Position numbers and translations under genes: made by a program
Notes under the pieces: model-generated
The model's input: the letters and a program-made list of their open reading frames with translations, nothing else
Told to the model about the DNA's origin: nothing
Database searches by the model: none
In this document: positions 26,880 to 35,473 of the stretch, piece by piece
How positions within the stretch are numbered: position 1 is the stretch's first letter
Layout: each line of letters starts with the position of its first letter
NCBI GenBank assembly: GCA_039798685.1
Contig: JBDKFM010000003.1
Span: forward strand, 1 to 38,726
Reading direction: 5' to 3'
DNA: 38,726 nucleotides
DNA from: Candidatus Parcubacteria bacterium
GTDB lineage: Bacteria > Patescibacteriota > Microgenomatia > Levybacterales > UBA12049

Positions 26880-28490
26880 ATGAGTAGTTTCCTGATGAAA
26901 AAATCCTTATTTATTATCTTCTTTTGTTTGTCATTTTTTTTCGTAAGCAGTACCAGTGCTTATGCAGCGCTTATGTTATCAGAGACTCAGCCTGGTGGTA
27001 ATATAAATCGGTCTTGGGCTGCATCGGCAATTTCTTCAAACGGGCAAAAAATAATTGTAGGAAATCAAGACGGAGGGTTGTATTTCTCATCAAATGGCGG
27101 TAATAATTGGGCACAAATAAATCCCAGTCCCTACGATAGTAGTGTTTGGTATACGGCAGCTATGTCGGGAGACGGACAGGTAATTCTGGTAGGTACGTAT
27201 GGAAACAGGATCTATCTTACGACGAATGGGGGAGTCAGTTGGTCAGAAACCCAGCCGAAGGGTGATGCTGATGCGAACTGGATTTCTACCAGTATGTCAT
27301 CAGACGGGCGGGTGATGTTAGCGGGAGTGGAGAGTGGCAGGCTCTATCTTTCGACTAACTCCGGAGTCAGTTGGTCAGAAACCCGGCCTGCGGGGAATGT
27401 CAATACAACGTCATATACAGCTGTTTCATCAAATGGGCAAACGTTATTGGTAGGCGAAAATGAGGGTTCCGGCGGCAGGCTCTATCTTTCGACTAACTCC
27501 GGAGCCAGTTGGTCAGAGACACGGCCTGCAGGTGATACGGATTATGGGTGGCGTACGGTGAGTATGTCTCCGGATGGTCAGGTAATGCTGGCAGGTACAG
27601 GTGGTGGAGGAGGCAGGCTCTATCTCTCAACAAACGCAGGAAACAACTGGTCAGAGACCCAGCCTCGGGGAGATTCAGGAGCAGATTGGATTTTAAGTTC
27701 TGTTTCTTCAGGCGGACAAACAATGTTTGTCAGTATGGACGATAGGCTCTATTTTTCGACAAACGCAGGAAACAGCTGGTCAGAAATGCAGCCTAACGGA
27801 GATCAAAATGGGAATTGGCAGCTTTTAAGTATGTCAGGTAATTCACAGGTTTTTGTGGCGGGAAATTATGACGGGAGAATCTTTTTAGGGTCCTATCCTC
27901 CGGTATCAGGTGCAGGCAGTCCTTCGGATTCTCCGCCATGTCCAACTATAAATGGAGCACCGGATCTTTTTCAGATAAACACCGACACCGGCTCTGCAAC
28001 AGTCTATTTTTCTCCGGTCGGACAGGCGACAAACTACGTTATCTCTTACGGATTTTCTTCTGATGCCAACCAATTTGCTGTCATGACTGGGCTCGGGACA
28101 TCAACTGGAGTTTTATCGTATACGATCAACTCATTACCTCTGAATACAACAACTTACTTTAAAATCTATGGTCAAAATAACTGCGGACAGGGGAATTGGA
28201 GTAATACGATGTCTGCCACTACCGTGAATAACGGACAGTATTACAAAAATATTGTTGCCCAGGTCCTGAGTATTCTACCGAGACAAACGACAGTCTTTGG
28301 AGCCAAAACAAGTAAGGTTTTGGGCGCTCATGCTCAGTGTGAAACGTATACAGTGAAATCAGGAGATTCTTTATGGGGAATTGCGAGTAAGAAATTAGGA
28401 ACAGGCGTTTTATATAAAACCATAGTGGAGTCGAATAATCTTCAGAATACGTCTCTTTCTCCCGGACGAAAATTAAAAGTAGGTTGTTAA
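26880..28490 (+). CDS. Secreted Asp-box/BNR beta-propeller + FN3-like + LysM protein
   Basis: Signal peptide; about 7 repeats of GRLYLSTNxGxSWSETxP; FN3-like APDLFQI...YVISYG...TYFKI..NNCG; YTVKSGDSLWGIA. Confidence 0.88.
   Translation: MSSFLMKKSLFIIFFCLSFFFVSSTSAYAALMLSETQPGGNINRSWAASAISSNGQKIIVGNQDGGLYFSSNGGNNWAQINPSPYDSSVWYTAAMSGDGQVILVGTYGNRIYLTTNGGVSWSETQPKGDADANWISTSMSSDGRVMLAGVESGRLYLSTNSGVSWSETRPAGNVNTTSYTAVSSNGQTLLVGENEGSGGRLYLSTNSGASWSETRPAGDTDYGWRTVSMSPDGQVMLAGTGGGGGRLYLSTNAGNNWSETQPRGDSGADWILSSVSSGGQTMFVSMDDRLYFSTNAGNSWSEMQPNGDQNGNWQLLSMSGNSQVFVAGNYDGRIFLGSYPPVSGAGSPSDSPPCPTINGAPDLFQINTDTGSATVYFSPVGQATNYVISYGFSSDANQFAVMTGLGTSTGVLSYTINSLPLNTTTYFKIYGQNNCGQGNWSNTMSATTVNNGQYYKNIVAQVLSILPRQTTVFGAKTSKVLGAHAQCETYTVKSGDSLWGIASKKLGTGVLYKTIVESNNLQNTSLSPGRKLKVGC
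27205..27796 (+). repeat. Intragenic ~130-138-bp blade repeats
   Basis: ggcaggctctatctttcgactaactccggag identical at 27336 and 27474; related units at about 27205, 27612 and 27741. Confidence 0.9.
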
Positions 28491-28509
28491 TTCTGCTATA
28501 ATCTGCCCC

Positions 28510-29223
28510 ATGTATCAAGAGAACCGTTCGCTACCAGCACTGATGACACGCGCTGAAAGGCTTCGTTATGCGCGCACACGTGTTGATCGCAGTGCATTTA
28601 TTAGAGAAGCAATAACTGATCCCCGTCAGGTGTTTCGTGCGGAGATAGGATTTGCTGCAGGCGTAAAGATAACACCCGAAACATGGTCGACGATTTCTGA
28701 AACGCAGTTAGTGTTGGAGATGGTGCATTTAGCCCGGGTTGAAAATGGAGACACAGTCTTTGAGCTTGGGACGGGGACCGGATACTCAAGTGCCATTCTT
28801 TCGGAAATGGTTGGGCCTACTGGACGCGTAATTACTGTTGAACGGGACGAAGAGCTGGCGCATAAAGCCTCTGAGAGGTTATATCGATTTGGGTACACAA
28901 ATGTTGATGTCATAGCGGGGGATGGCACCAGGGGATTTGTTGGGGCAGCACCATACGATGCCGTAATCCTGACAGCCTCGCTTGCTCAGGTACCTTTCGA
29001 GCTTCATGACCAATTGAAAGAACGAGGACGATTCGTTGCTCCTATGACTGTGAGCGAGGGTACTCAAGAGCAGCGCTTGCGGGCTGGGACGAGGATTGGA
29101 AATAGAATCGGTATTCATAAAGAGATTACAGATATCGCTTTTGTACCGGTTGTTTCTGAGCGTGGATATGGATGGACGTCGCAGCAGCTCCGAAACGCTG
29201 TGGGAGAAATGACGCGCGGGTAA
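28510..29223 (+). CDS. pcm: Protein-L-isoaspartate O-methyltransferase-like
   Basis: VFELGTGTGYSSAILS, GDGTRG...APYDAVILTAS, QLKERGRFVAP, FVPV. Confidence 0.85.
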   Translation: MYQENRSLPALMTRAERLRYARTRVDRSAFIREAITDPRQVFRAEIGFAAGVKITPETWSTISETQLVLEMVHLARVENGDTVFELGTGTGYSSAILSEMVGPTGRVITVERDEELAHKASERLYRFGYTNVDVIAGDGTRGFVGAAPYDAVILTASLAQVPFELHDQLKERGRFVAPMTVSEGTQEQRLRAGTRIGNRIGIHKEITDIAFVPVVSERGYGWTSQQLRNAVGEMTRG

Positions 29224-29259
29224 CTCTCTGACCTTCTGCTATAATAAGCCTCTAGTAAA

Positions 29260-29934
29260 ATGAGTAATTCAGAATATTCGCAGGTTGGCCGATTTACAGG
29301 TCTTAGTAAAGACTATCTGCAGCTCCGCGTTCGAGTCAGCGCTGATGCAAAACAAATGAGTAAAGTTTCACCGTGTCAAAAAGGGATGGCATATTGCTGT
29401 GAAGGTCATGTAGAGGTCAGTATGGAGGAGGGGCAAGAGATCATAGATGCAGCGAAGAAGGGTAAGATTCCTGAAGGAGTTATCGATCGGGTCAGAGAGA
29501 ATCTTGATGATGAGTCAAATAATATGTGTCCTTTTTTGGGTAAGAACCGTAGTTGCATGATCTACGACAGGCGTCCATTGGAGTGTGTTAATTTCGGAAG
29601 AGGAGCAGTGATCGTCACAGAAGAAGGAAGGGAGCAATATAAGGAAATTGGCCAAGGGATCAGAGAGGATGGTATACAAGAACCGGATGTCATTCCACGA
29701 CTTTGTGGACATTGTAGAGCTCTCAGAGATCCCGATGTTTCGTATTCTCGGGATTTACTTATTAGTTCGCAATCAACTGTTGCGTACTACCAGTTGCAGC
29801 CGGTAATCGGGAAGCTTACGGACGTTGCTGTCACAATTACGACAGGTGAGTTCATGCCATTTTATCCCAACCCCAAGTTTCATTCTTCAGTAAAGACGTT
29901 ATTGGATTCAGGCCAAACGAGTGCCTCGGAATAA
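29260..29934 (+). CDS. YkgJ/CxxCxxCC cysteine-cluster protein (divergent)
   Basis: PCQKGMAYCC, CPFL...SCMIYDRRPLEC, plus an extra CGHC. Confidence 0.8.
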   Translation: MSNSEYSQVGRFTGLSKDYLQLRVRVSADAKQMSKVSPCQKGMAYCCEGHVEVSMEEGQEIIDAAKKGKIPEGVIDRVRENLDDESNNMCPFLGKNRSCMIYDRRPLECVNFGRGAVIVTEEGREQYKEIGQGIREDGIQEPDVIPRLCGHCRALRDPDVSYSRDLLISSQSTVAYYQLQPVIGKLTDVAVTITTGEFMPFYPNPKFHSSVKTLLDSGQTSASE

Positions 29935-29983
29935 AAATCACTTTCAATTTGTTATAATCAGCCTCAGTTTTTCATTGTTAGAA

Positions 29984-30454
29984 ATGATAGAGAAAAGTAG
30001 TAGCGAAAAGAAAAAAGCCGTTGAGCACATTGTATATGAGATTATGATGTTTAATGCTGCCTCTCTTCAGTTAATGCCACCGCCTAGCAATCAACTTCAA
30101 ACAAATATCTTACTTGAATCATTTGCGATTCATAGTAGAAATTTGTTCGATTTTTTTTATACAAAGCCAAAAAAAGACGACATCTCTGCAGGCGATTATC
30201 TTTCAAGAAAAAAGGAGTTCATTTTAAAACGAACAAAGAAAAAGGTTTTAAAAAATTTAACACGGAAAACAAATAAGCAAATTGCTCATCTAACATATTC
30301 AAGAAATAATTATAATTCGCATACAAAAGGTTGGGGTGTAATTAGTATTAATAAATTTATGAATCAAACGATAATAGCATTTCTTGAATGTTTAGAAAGA
30401 GATCAGAAAGATTGGTTTCGTGAACTTTATAGGAGATATAATATAAAGGTATAG
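29984..30454 (+). CDS. Hypothetical protein, HEPN-like (AT-rich)
   Basis: LLESFAIHSRNLFDFF and RKTNKQIAHLT resemble the helical HEPN pattern; start moved to ATG 29984. Confidence 0.55.
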   Translation: MIEKSSSEKKKAVEHIVYEIMMFNAASLQLMPPPSNQLQTNILLESFAIHSRNLFDFFYTKPKKDDISAGDYLSRKKEFILKRTKKKVLKNLTRKTNKQIAHLTYSRNNYNSHTKGWGVISINKFMNQTIIAFLECLERDQKDWFRELYRRYNIKV

Positions 30455-30508
30455 TTTGGTTATTACTAGTTTTTAATTTTCAATTAGTTCAATTGATAAA
30501 AGTAACAA

Positions 30509-31027
30509 ATGACAATTTTTATTGACCATCTTAATCTTGAGAGAGAATCTGATCCAGGTTATTGGTATATTTGGGCGGCCGATTTTAAAAATACATTCAT
30601 ATATTTATTTACCTCTGAACAGAAACTGCTCAAACGAAAGAGAATAAATATTGATAGATTACCTCCTCAACCAGGCCACCTATCCATGTGGATTATTTAT
30701 TTTTCGGCCATTGAACTTTATCTCAAAACATTTTTAATAAAAGAAGGAGATTGTGATATCGAAACCCTTAGAACAAAATACGGCCACCGTCTTAAAGAGT
30801 TGCTGCAGGAGTGTAAGAATGTAAGTAAGCTTAGAATCCCAAATGAGTTTGAGAATAGAGAGCTAAATGAAATCATCGAGATCTTGCAAAAAATGACTAA
30901 AACTGATGACTGGACAGTGATACGTTATCCTGGCAAAAGCCTCGGAATGCTTGGAAGGGATTCTGTGATCAAGCCCCTTTTATTTTTAGAGGAAAGGGTA
31001 AAGTCTCTGGTGTGGGTTAAGGACTAA
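30509..31027 (+). CDS. HEPN-domain-like protein (AT-rich)
   Basis: FSAIELYLKTFL...YGHRLKELL...IRYP matches the classic HEPN E..LK / H.L..L / RYP layout. Confidence 0.65.
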   Translation: MTIFIDHLNLERESDPGYWYIWAADFKNTFIYLFTSEQKLLKRKRINIDRLPPQPGHLSMWIIYFSAIELYLKTFLIKEGDCDIETLRTKYGHRLKELLQECKNVSKLRIPNEFENRELNEIIEILQKMTKTDDWTVIRYPGKSLGMLGRDSVIKPLLFLEERVKSLVWVKD

Positions 31028-31049
31028 GCCTCCATGATATAATCTCACA

Positions 31050-32153
31050 ATGAATCTATCTGTTGGTATCGTTGGTCTTCCAAATGTAGGGAAAAGTACG
31101 CTGTTTAATGCGCTTTTGAAGAAGCAGCAGGCTTTGGCTGCGAACTATCCTTTCGCGACGATCGAGCCGAATGTTGGGATAGTTGCCGTGCCTGATGACA
31201 GGTTAACTAAGCTTGCCGAAGTTACCAAAGAAGAGGAAAAAATGACGTCACTTCCTCCACTAAAGCCTGCAACTGTCGAGTTTTATGACATCGCGGGGTT
31301 AGTGAAAGGTGCGTCTGAGGGTGCGGGACTTGGAAATAAATTTTTATCCCACATTCGTGAGACCAAAGTCATCGCACACGTCGTCAGAGCATTTTCTGAT
31401 GCAGATGTGATCCGTGAGGGGAGTGTTGATCCATTAAGTGATTACAAAACCATCCAGACAGAGCTGATTCTGGCGGATTTACAGACTGTTGAGAAGCAGC
31501 GGGAGAGTAAAGCAGTCAAAACCGATCCTGTGAAGAAATCAGCAGTTGAGAAACTTTTCAAAGCGCTCAATGATGGTCAATCAGCCAAAGACGTTACACT
31601 GACAGATGAAGAGCGCGAGTCAGTGAAGGATTTATTTCTTCTCTCAAACAAGCAGGAAGTCGTTGTCCTTAACGTCGATGAGTCTGAGTACACACCAGGT
31701 GGCATGGAGAGTGCAGTGAAAAAATATGCAGCGCTTCTTGGAAAATCAGAAGATGGATTTATCGTGATTTGTGCCAAGATCGAATCAGAACTCGCTGGTT
31801 TGACGGATGATGAGCAGGCAGAGTATCTCAAGGAACTAGGGCTTGAGACCTCGGGTCTCGAGCGGTTGATCCGTAAATCCTACGAACTGCTCGGACTTGT
31901 TTCATTTTTGACAGCGGGAAGTATAGAGGTCAAGGCGTGGACGATAAAAAAAGGAAGTAATGCCGTGCAGGCAGCAGGCGAGATCCATACAGATTTTATG
32001 AAGCGGTTTATCAAGGCAGAAGTGATCTCATTTGAGGACTATGTTACAGTTGGAGGTCGGAAGAAGGCAAGAGAGGTCGGCAAAGCGAGGCTTGAGGGCA
32101 AGGACTACATTGTAAATGATGGAGATGTTATAGAGTTTAAGATCGGAGCATAG
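31050..32153 (+). CDS. ychF: Redox-regulated ATPase YchF
   Basis: GIVGLPNVGKSTLFNAL, ANYPFATIEPN, DIAGLVKGAS.GAGLGNKFL, TGS domain. Confidence 0.98.
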   Translation: MNLSVGIVGLPNVGKSTLFNALLKKQQALAANYPFATIEPNVGIVAVPDDRLTKLAEVTKEEEKMTSLPPLKPATVEFYDIAGLVKGASEGAGLGNKFLSHIRETKVIAHVVRAFSDADVIREGSVDPLSDYKTIQTELILADLQTVEKQRESKAVKTDPVKKSAVEKLFKALNDGQSAKDVTLTDEERESVKDLFLLSNKQEVVVLNVDESEYTPGGMESAVKKYAALLGKSEDGFIVICAKIESELAGLTDDEQAEYLKELGLETSGLERLIRKSYELLGLVSFLTAGSIEVKAWTIKKGSNAVQAAGEIHTDFMKRFIKAEVISFEDYVTVGGRKKAREVGKARLEGKDYIVNDGDVIEFKIGA

Positions 32154-32175
32154 AATCACAAATTTGTTTCTCCAC

Positions 32176-32204
32176 TTGCTGCTGAGGCTCACATAGTGTA
32201 AAAT
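32176..32204 (+). promoter_or_regulatory. rpsF operon promoter TTGCTG-17-TAAAAT
   Basis: ttgctg ctgaggctcacatagtg taaaat, 12 nt before the rpsF ATG. Confidence 0.6.
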
Positions 32205-32216
32205 ACAGAGAAGTTT

Positions 32217-32495
32217 ATGAGGTTATACGAATTAGTTTTGGTTTTGAAGACCACACTCACTGAGCCGCAACGCAAGAAGCTTGTGGAGCAGATCAAAGAG
32301 ATGCTGAAGGGCGTAAAAGTCGTCAAAGAAGAAGACTGGGGTCAAAAACCTCTTTCATACAAGATCAAGCGTGAATTTTCAGGATTTTATATCCAGATGC
32401 AGCTTGAGAGTGAGACGGGAATCGAAAAAGGATTTGAGAACAAACTGGCAGGAAACGACAATATTCTCAGACACCTATTGATTAGGAAAAAGTAG
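32217..32495 (+). CDS. rpsF: 30S ribosomal protein S6
   Basis: MRLYELVLVL, WGQKPLSYKIK, ILRHLLI; gene order. Confidence 0.96.
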   Translation: MRLYELVLVLKTTLTEPQRKKLVEQIKEMLKGVKVVKEEDWGQKPLSYKIKREFSGFYIQMQLESETGIEKGFENKLAGNDNILRHLLIRKK

Positions 32496-32510
32496 TGTCT
32501 ATACAGAGTT

Positions 32511-33005
32511 ATGGCCAGGAGTCTTAACAGAGTAGAGTTGATCGGAAATCTTACGCGTGATCCTGAGTTACGATATACGCCAAGTGGCGCAGCAGTCTGC
32601 ACCCTCGGCATCGCAACAAACAGATCATGGAATACGGATTCCGGTGAGAAGAAAGAGGAGACAGAGTTTCATCGCATCGTCGCATGGAACAAGCTCGCTG
32701 AGATTTGCAGTCAGTTTTTGGTCAAAGGTCGGAAAGTCTATGTACAAGGCCGGCTTGCGACGAGGAACTGGACTGGTCAGGATGGTCAGCCGAGGACGAC
32801 AGTTGAGATCGTGATAGATGATATGATCTTACTGGATTCCGGAGGAAGGACTCAAACAGGTGCAGTACAGAGTCCGGCGAAACCGGAAGAGGTAGCTGAA
32901 GAACCGGTCAAAAAGACCGCAAAACCGAAGCGGGAGACAAAAGAAGAACCTGCGCATGAGCAATCAGGCACAGATGAGGTAAATCCAGACGATATACCTT
33001 TCTAA
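32511..33005 (+). CDS. ssb: Single-stranded DNA-binding protein
   Basis: LNRVELIGNLTRDPELRYT, C-terminal DDIPF. Confidence 0.98.
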   Translation: MARSLNRVELIGNLTRDPELRYTPSGAAVCTLGIATNRSWNTDSGEKKEETEFHRIVAWNKLAEICSQFLVKGRKVYVQGRLATRNWTGQDGQPRTTVEIVIDDMILLDSGGRTQTGAVQSPAKPEEVAEEPVKKTAKPKRETKEEPAHEQSGTDEVNPDDIPF

Positions 33006-33008
33006 GAT

Positions 33009-33254
33009 ATGAAGAAAAAACAGTTTAAACGACAAAATAGAAAAATCAGCGTTCCGAAGGAGTGCTACTTCTGCAAAGAAGAAAAAGAACCATGGTACTC
33101 AGACGTTGCGACACTCCAGAAATTTATTACAGATAGGGGCAAGATCGTCGGCAGACTCCGCAATGGTTTTTGTGCCATGCATCAGAGGAGACTGACTATC
33201 GCGATCAAGCATGCCCGCCATTTGGCTCTCCTTTCCTTCGTCACACGAGACTAA
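33009..33254 (+). CDS. rpsR: 30S ribosomal protein S18 (Zn-binding type)
   Basis: CYFC...FITDRGKI...CAMHQRRL..AIKHARHLALL. Confidence 0.96.
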   Translation: MKKKQFKRQNRKISVPKECYFCKEEKEPWYSDVATLQKFITDRGKIVGRLRNGFCAMHQRRLTIAIKHARHLALLSFVTRD

Positions 33255-33330
33255 GTTGTTTACAATCCTCAGTTAAAAGTGCAAAATACTCTTAGGGATT
33301 TTAGTTTTTTTATTGTGAACTTTTAATTTT

Positions 33331-34092
33331 ATGAGCCTGCTGCCCATACAGATTCCAACTGGATACACGCTTTCCGTGCAGAGTGGCGAGACGGTTGTTG
33401 CCGGTCAGGTACTTGCACGTCTCTCCTCAGATGCCAGTCTGGCGCGGATTCAGGTAGCCTCTCTTCTCAATATACCTCCTAAGAAAATCAAAAAATATCT
33501 TCGAAAAAATCCCGGTGATATGGTAAAAAACGGGGAGATTATTGCGGCAAAAGCATCATTTATAAGCATAAGTGAACTTGTGTCGCAGATTACAGGTACG
33601 GTATTGAGTATCGATGAGTCAAAGGGGGATCTGATTCTTGAAAAAACTGGTCAGGATGTTGTGAGCGGGGGAGATGTTGTCTCACCGTTTGCAGGTGTCG
33701 TGACTGACGTGCAGGAGTCTCAGGTGACGTTGAGTACAAAAGATGGTGGTCTGGTCGGGACCAAAGGTACAGGCGGGAGTGCAAAAGGACAGCTTTTTCT
33801 CATCGAGACAGGTCAGCAGGCTGTAGAAGGAGCGCATATCACTGTTGCGATGATCGGCAACATCGTCTTAGGGTCACTTTTTTCTAAAGAAGCACTGGTC
33901 AAAGCATCAGGTATGGGTGTTGCAGGCGTCGTCTCGTTGAAAATTGATGATGAAGATATTATGGTGCTTGAACAGAAGCGTATGCTCTTGCCGATACTTG
34001 AGGTAGATCTTCAGACATGGCAAACACTTGCCAAACAGGCAGGCAAAAATGTATATTTAGATTCTGTTGCAAAAACAATTCTCGTCTCGTAA
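33331..34092 (+). CDS. Hypothetical protein with barrel-sandwich-hybrid-like motifs
   Basis: VQSGETVVAGQVLA, PGDMVKNGEIIA, SQITGTV, SPFAGVV. Confidence 0.7.
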   Translation: MSLLPIQIPTGYTLSVQSGETVVAGQVLARLSSDASLARIQVASLLNIPPKKIKKYLRKNPGDMVKNGEIIAAKASFISISELVSQITGTVLSIDESKGDLILEKTGQDVVSGGDVVSPFAGVVTDVQESQVTLSTKDGGLVGTKGTGGSAKGQLFLIETGQQAVEGAHITVAMIGNIVLGSLFSKEALVKASGMGVAGVVSLKIDDEDIMVLEQKRMLLPILEVDLQTWQTLAKQAGKNVYLDSVAKTILVS

Positions 34093-34102
34093 TCCATTTT
34101 TT

Positions 34103-35395
34103 ATGCGTTTCCCACGATTATTTTTACTGACAGTTATTGCATTTGCGCTCGGTTACATGATCGGCGTGAATAAAATTGAGGTCGACTGGAAAAATTACCG
34201 TCCGACAGTGTCAGTTGTCAATAAAGAACCCCCGAATCCGGATCAAAAACTCGATCTGGGACCGATGTGGATCGTGATGGAAAAACTGCAGACGCAGTAT
34301 TACGACAAGACCAAGATCGACTCACAAAAGATGCTCAATGGTGCCATCACAGGACTCGTCAGCAGCTTAGATGATCCGTACACAGTGTATCTTCCTCCCG
34401 TGCAGAATACACAGTTTAAACAAACCCTCGCAGGTCAGTTTGAGGGAATCGGTGCTGAACTCGGGATGAAAGATAAGCAGATTATCGTCGTCGCGCCGCT
34501 TGAGGGAAGTCCAGCGCAAAAAGCTGGGATTAGAGCGGGTGATGCGATTGTAAAAGTCGATGACGCGCCGACATTTGGATGGACATTGAATCAGGCGATC
34601 GAGAAGATCAGAGGGCCTAAAGGCACGAAAGTCACGCTCTCTGTACTGCACAAAAACGAGCAGTCGCTAAAAGACATCGCTGTTTCGAGGGATACGATCT
34701 CTGTGAAAAGTGTGTTTCTTTGGACGAAGAAGATACAGAATATCGATGAGATCAATCAGAAAGCATTCCCGAAAGAGCAGCTGCAAAATGAGGTTGCGTA
34801 TATCAGACTCTCACAGTTTGGTGATAGTACAAACGAAGAGTGGCTCTCACTTATCAACAAACTCTCTCTTGAGGTGCAGAGAAATAAAAATATCAAAGGT
34901 CTCGTCCTTGACCTTCGCAACAATCCAGGAGGGTATCTCACCGATGCGACGTTTATCTCATCTGAGTTTCTACCGATCGGGAAAACAGTGGTGACACAGG
35001 ACGACGGAAATGGTAATACACTCGATTTGAAGGTTGAGAAAAAAGGAGTTCTCCTCAATCTCCCAATGGTGATACTTGTGAATAAAGGCTCAGCATCAGC
35101 GAGTGAGATTCTCTCAGGTGCGATGCGGGATTATGATAGAGCACTTATTGTGGGTGAAACTTCATTCGGAAAAGGTACGATTCAGACGGCTGAAGATCTC
35201 GGTGGAGGAGCCGGGATTCATATCACGATCGCGAAATGGCTGACGCCGAAAGGTACATGGGTACATCAAAAAGGTATCGAACCTGACATTGTTGTCGAGC
35301 CAGATGCCAAAAATCTTGCGCGGGATGCGCAGCTTGAAAAAGCGATCGAGACACTGCTCGCAAATCAAACCGCGGTCGTTGCCAGAAGTAACTAA
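34103..35395 (+). CDS. ctpA: S41 family C-terminal processing peptidase
   Basis: LDDPYT, FEGIGAEL (PDZ), LDLRNNPGG, GSASASEI, SFGKGTIQ; start moved to ATG 34103. Confidence 0.95.
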   Translation: MRFPRLFLLTVIAFALGYMIGVNKIEVDWKNYRPTVSVVNKEPPNPDQKLDLGPMWIVMEKLQTQYYDKTKIDSQKMLNGAITGLVSSLDDPYTVYLPPVQNTQFKQTLAGQFEGIGAELGMKDKQIIVVAPLEGSPAQKAGIRAGDAIVKVDDAPTFGWTLNQAIEKIRGPKGTKVTLSVLHKNEQSLKDIAVSRDTISVKSVFLWTKKIQNIDEINQKAFPKEQLQNEVAYIRLSQFGDSTNEEWLSLINKLSLEVQRNKNIKGLVLDLRNNPGGYLTDATFISSEFLPIGKTVVTQDDGNGNTLDLKVEKKGVLLNLPMVILVNKGSASASEILSGAMRDYDRALIVGETSFGKGTIQTAEDLGGGAGIHITIAKWLTPKGTWVHQKGIEPDIVVEPDAKNLARDAQLEKAIETLLANQTAVVARSN

Positions 35396-35473
35396 GACAC
35401 TTTTCAGCAAATCCTCAGGAAATTTATTTATCTTTCAGATGCGAAAATTCGGTGGTATAATCGTCTACGCGAT

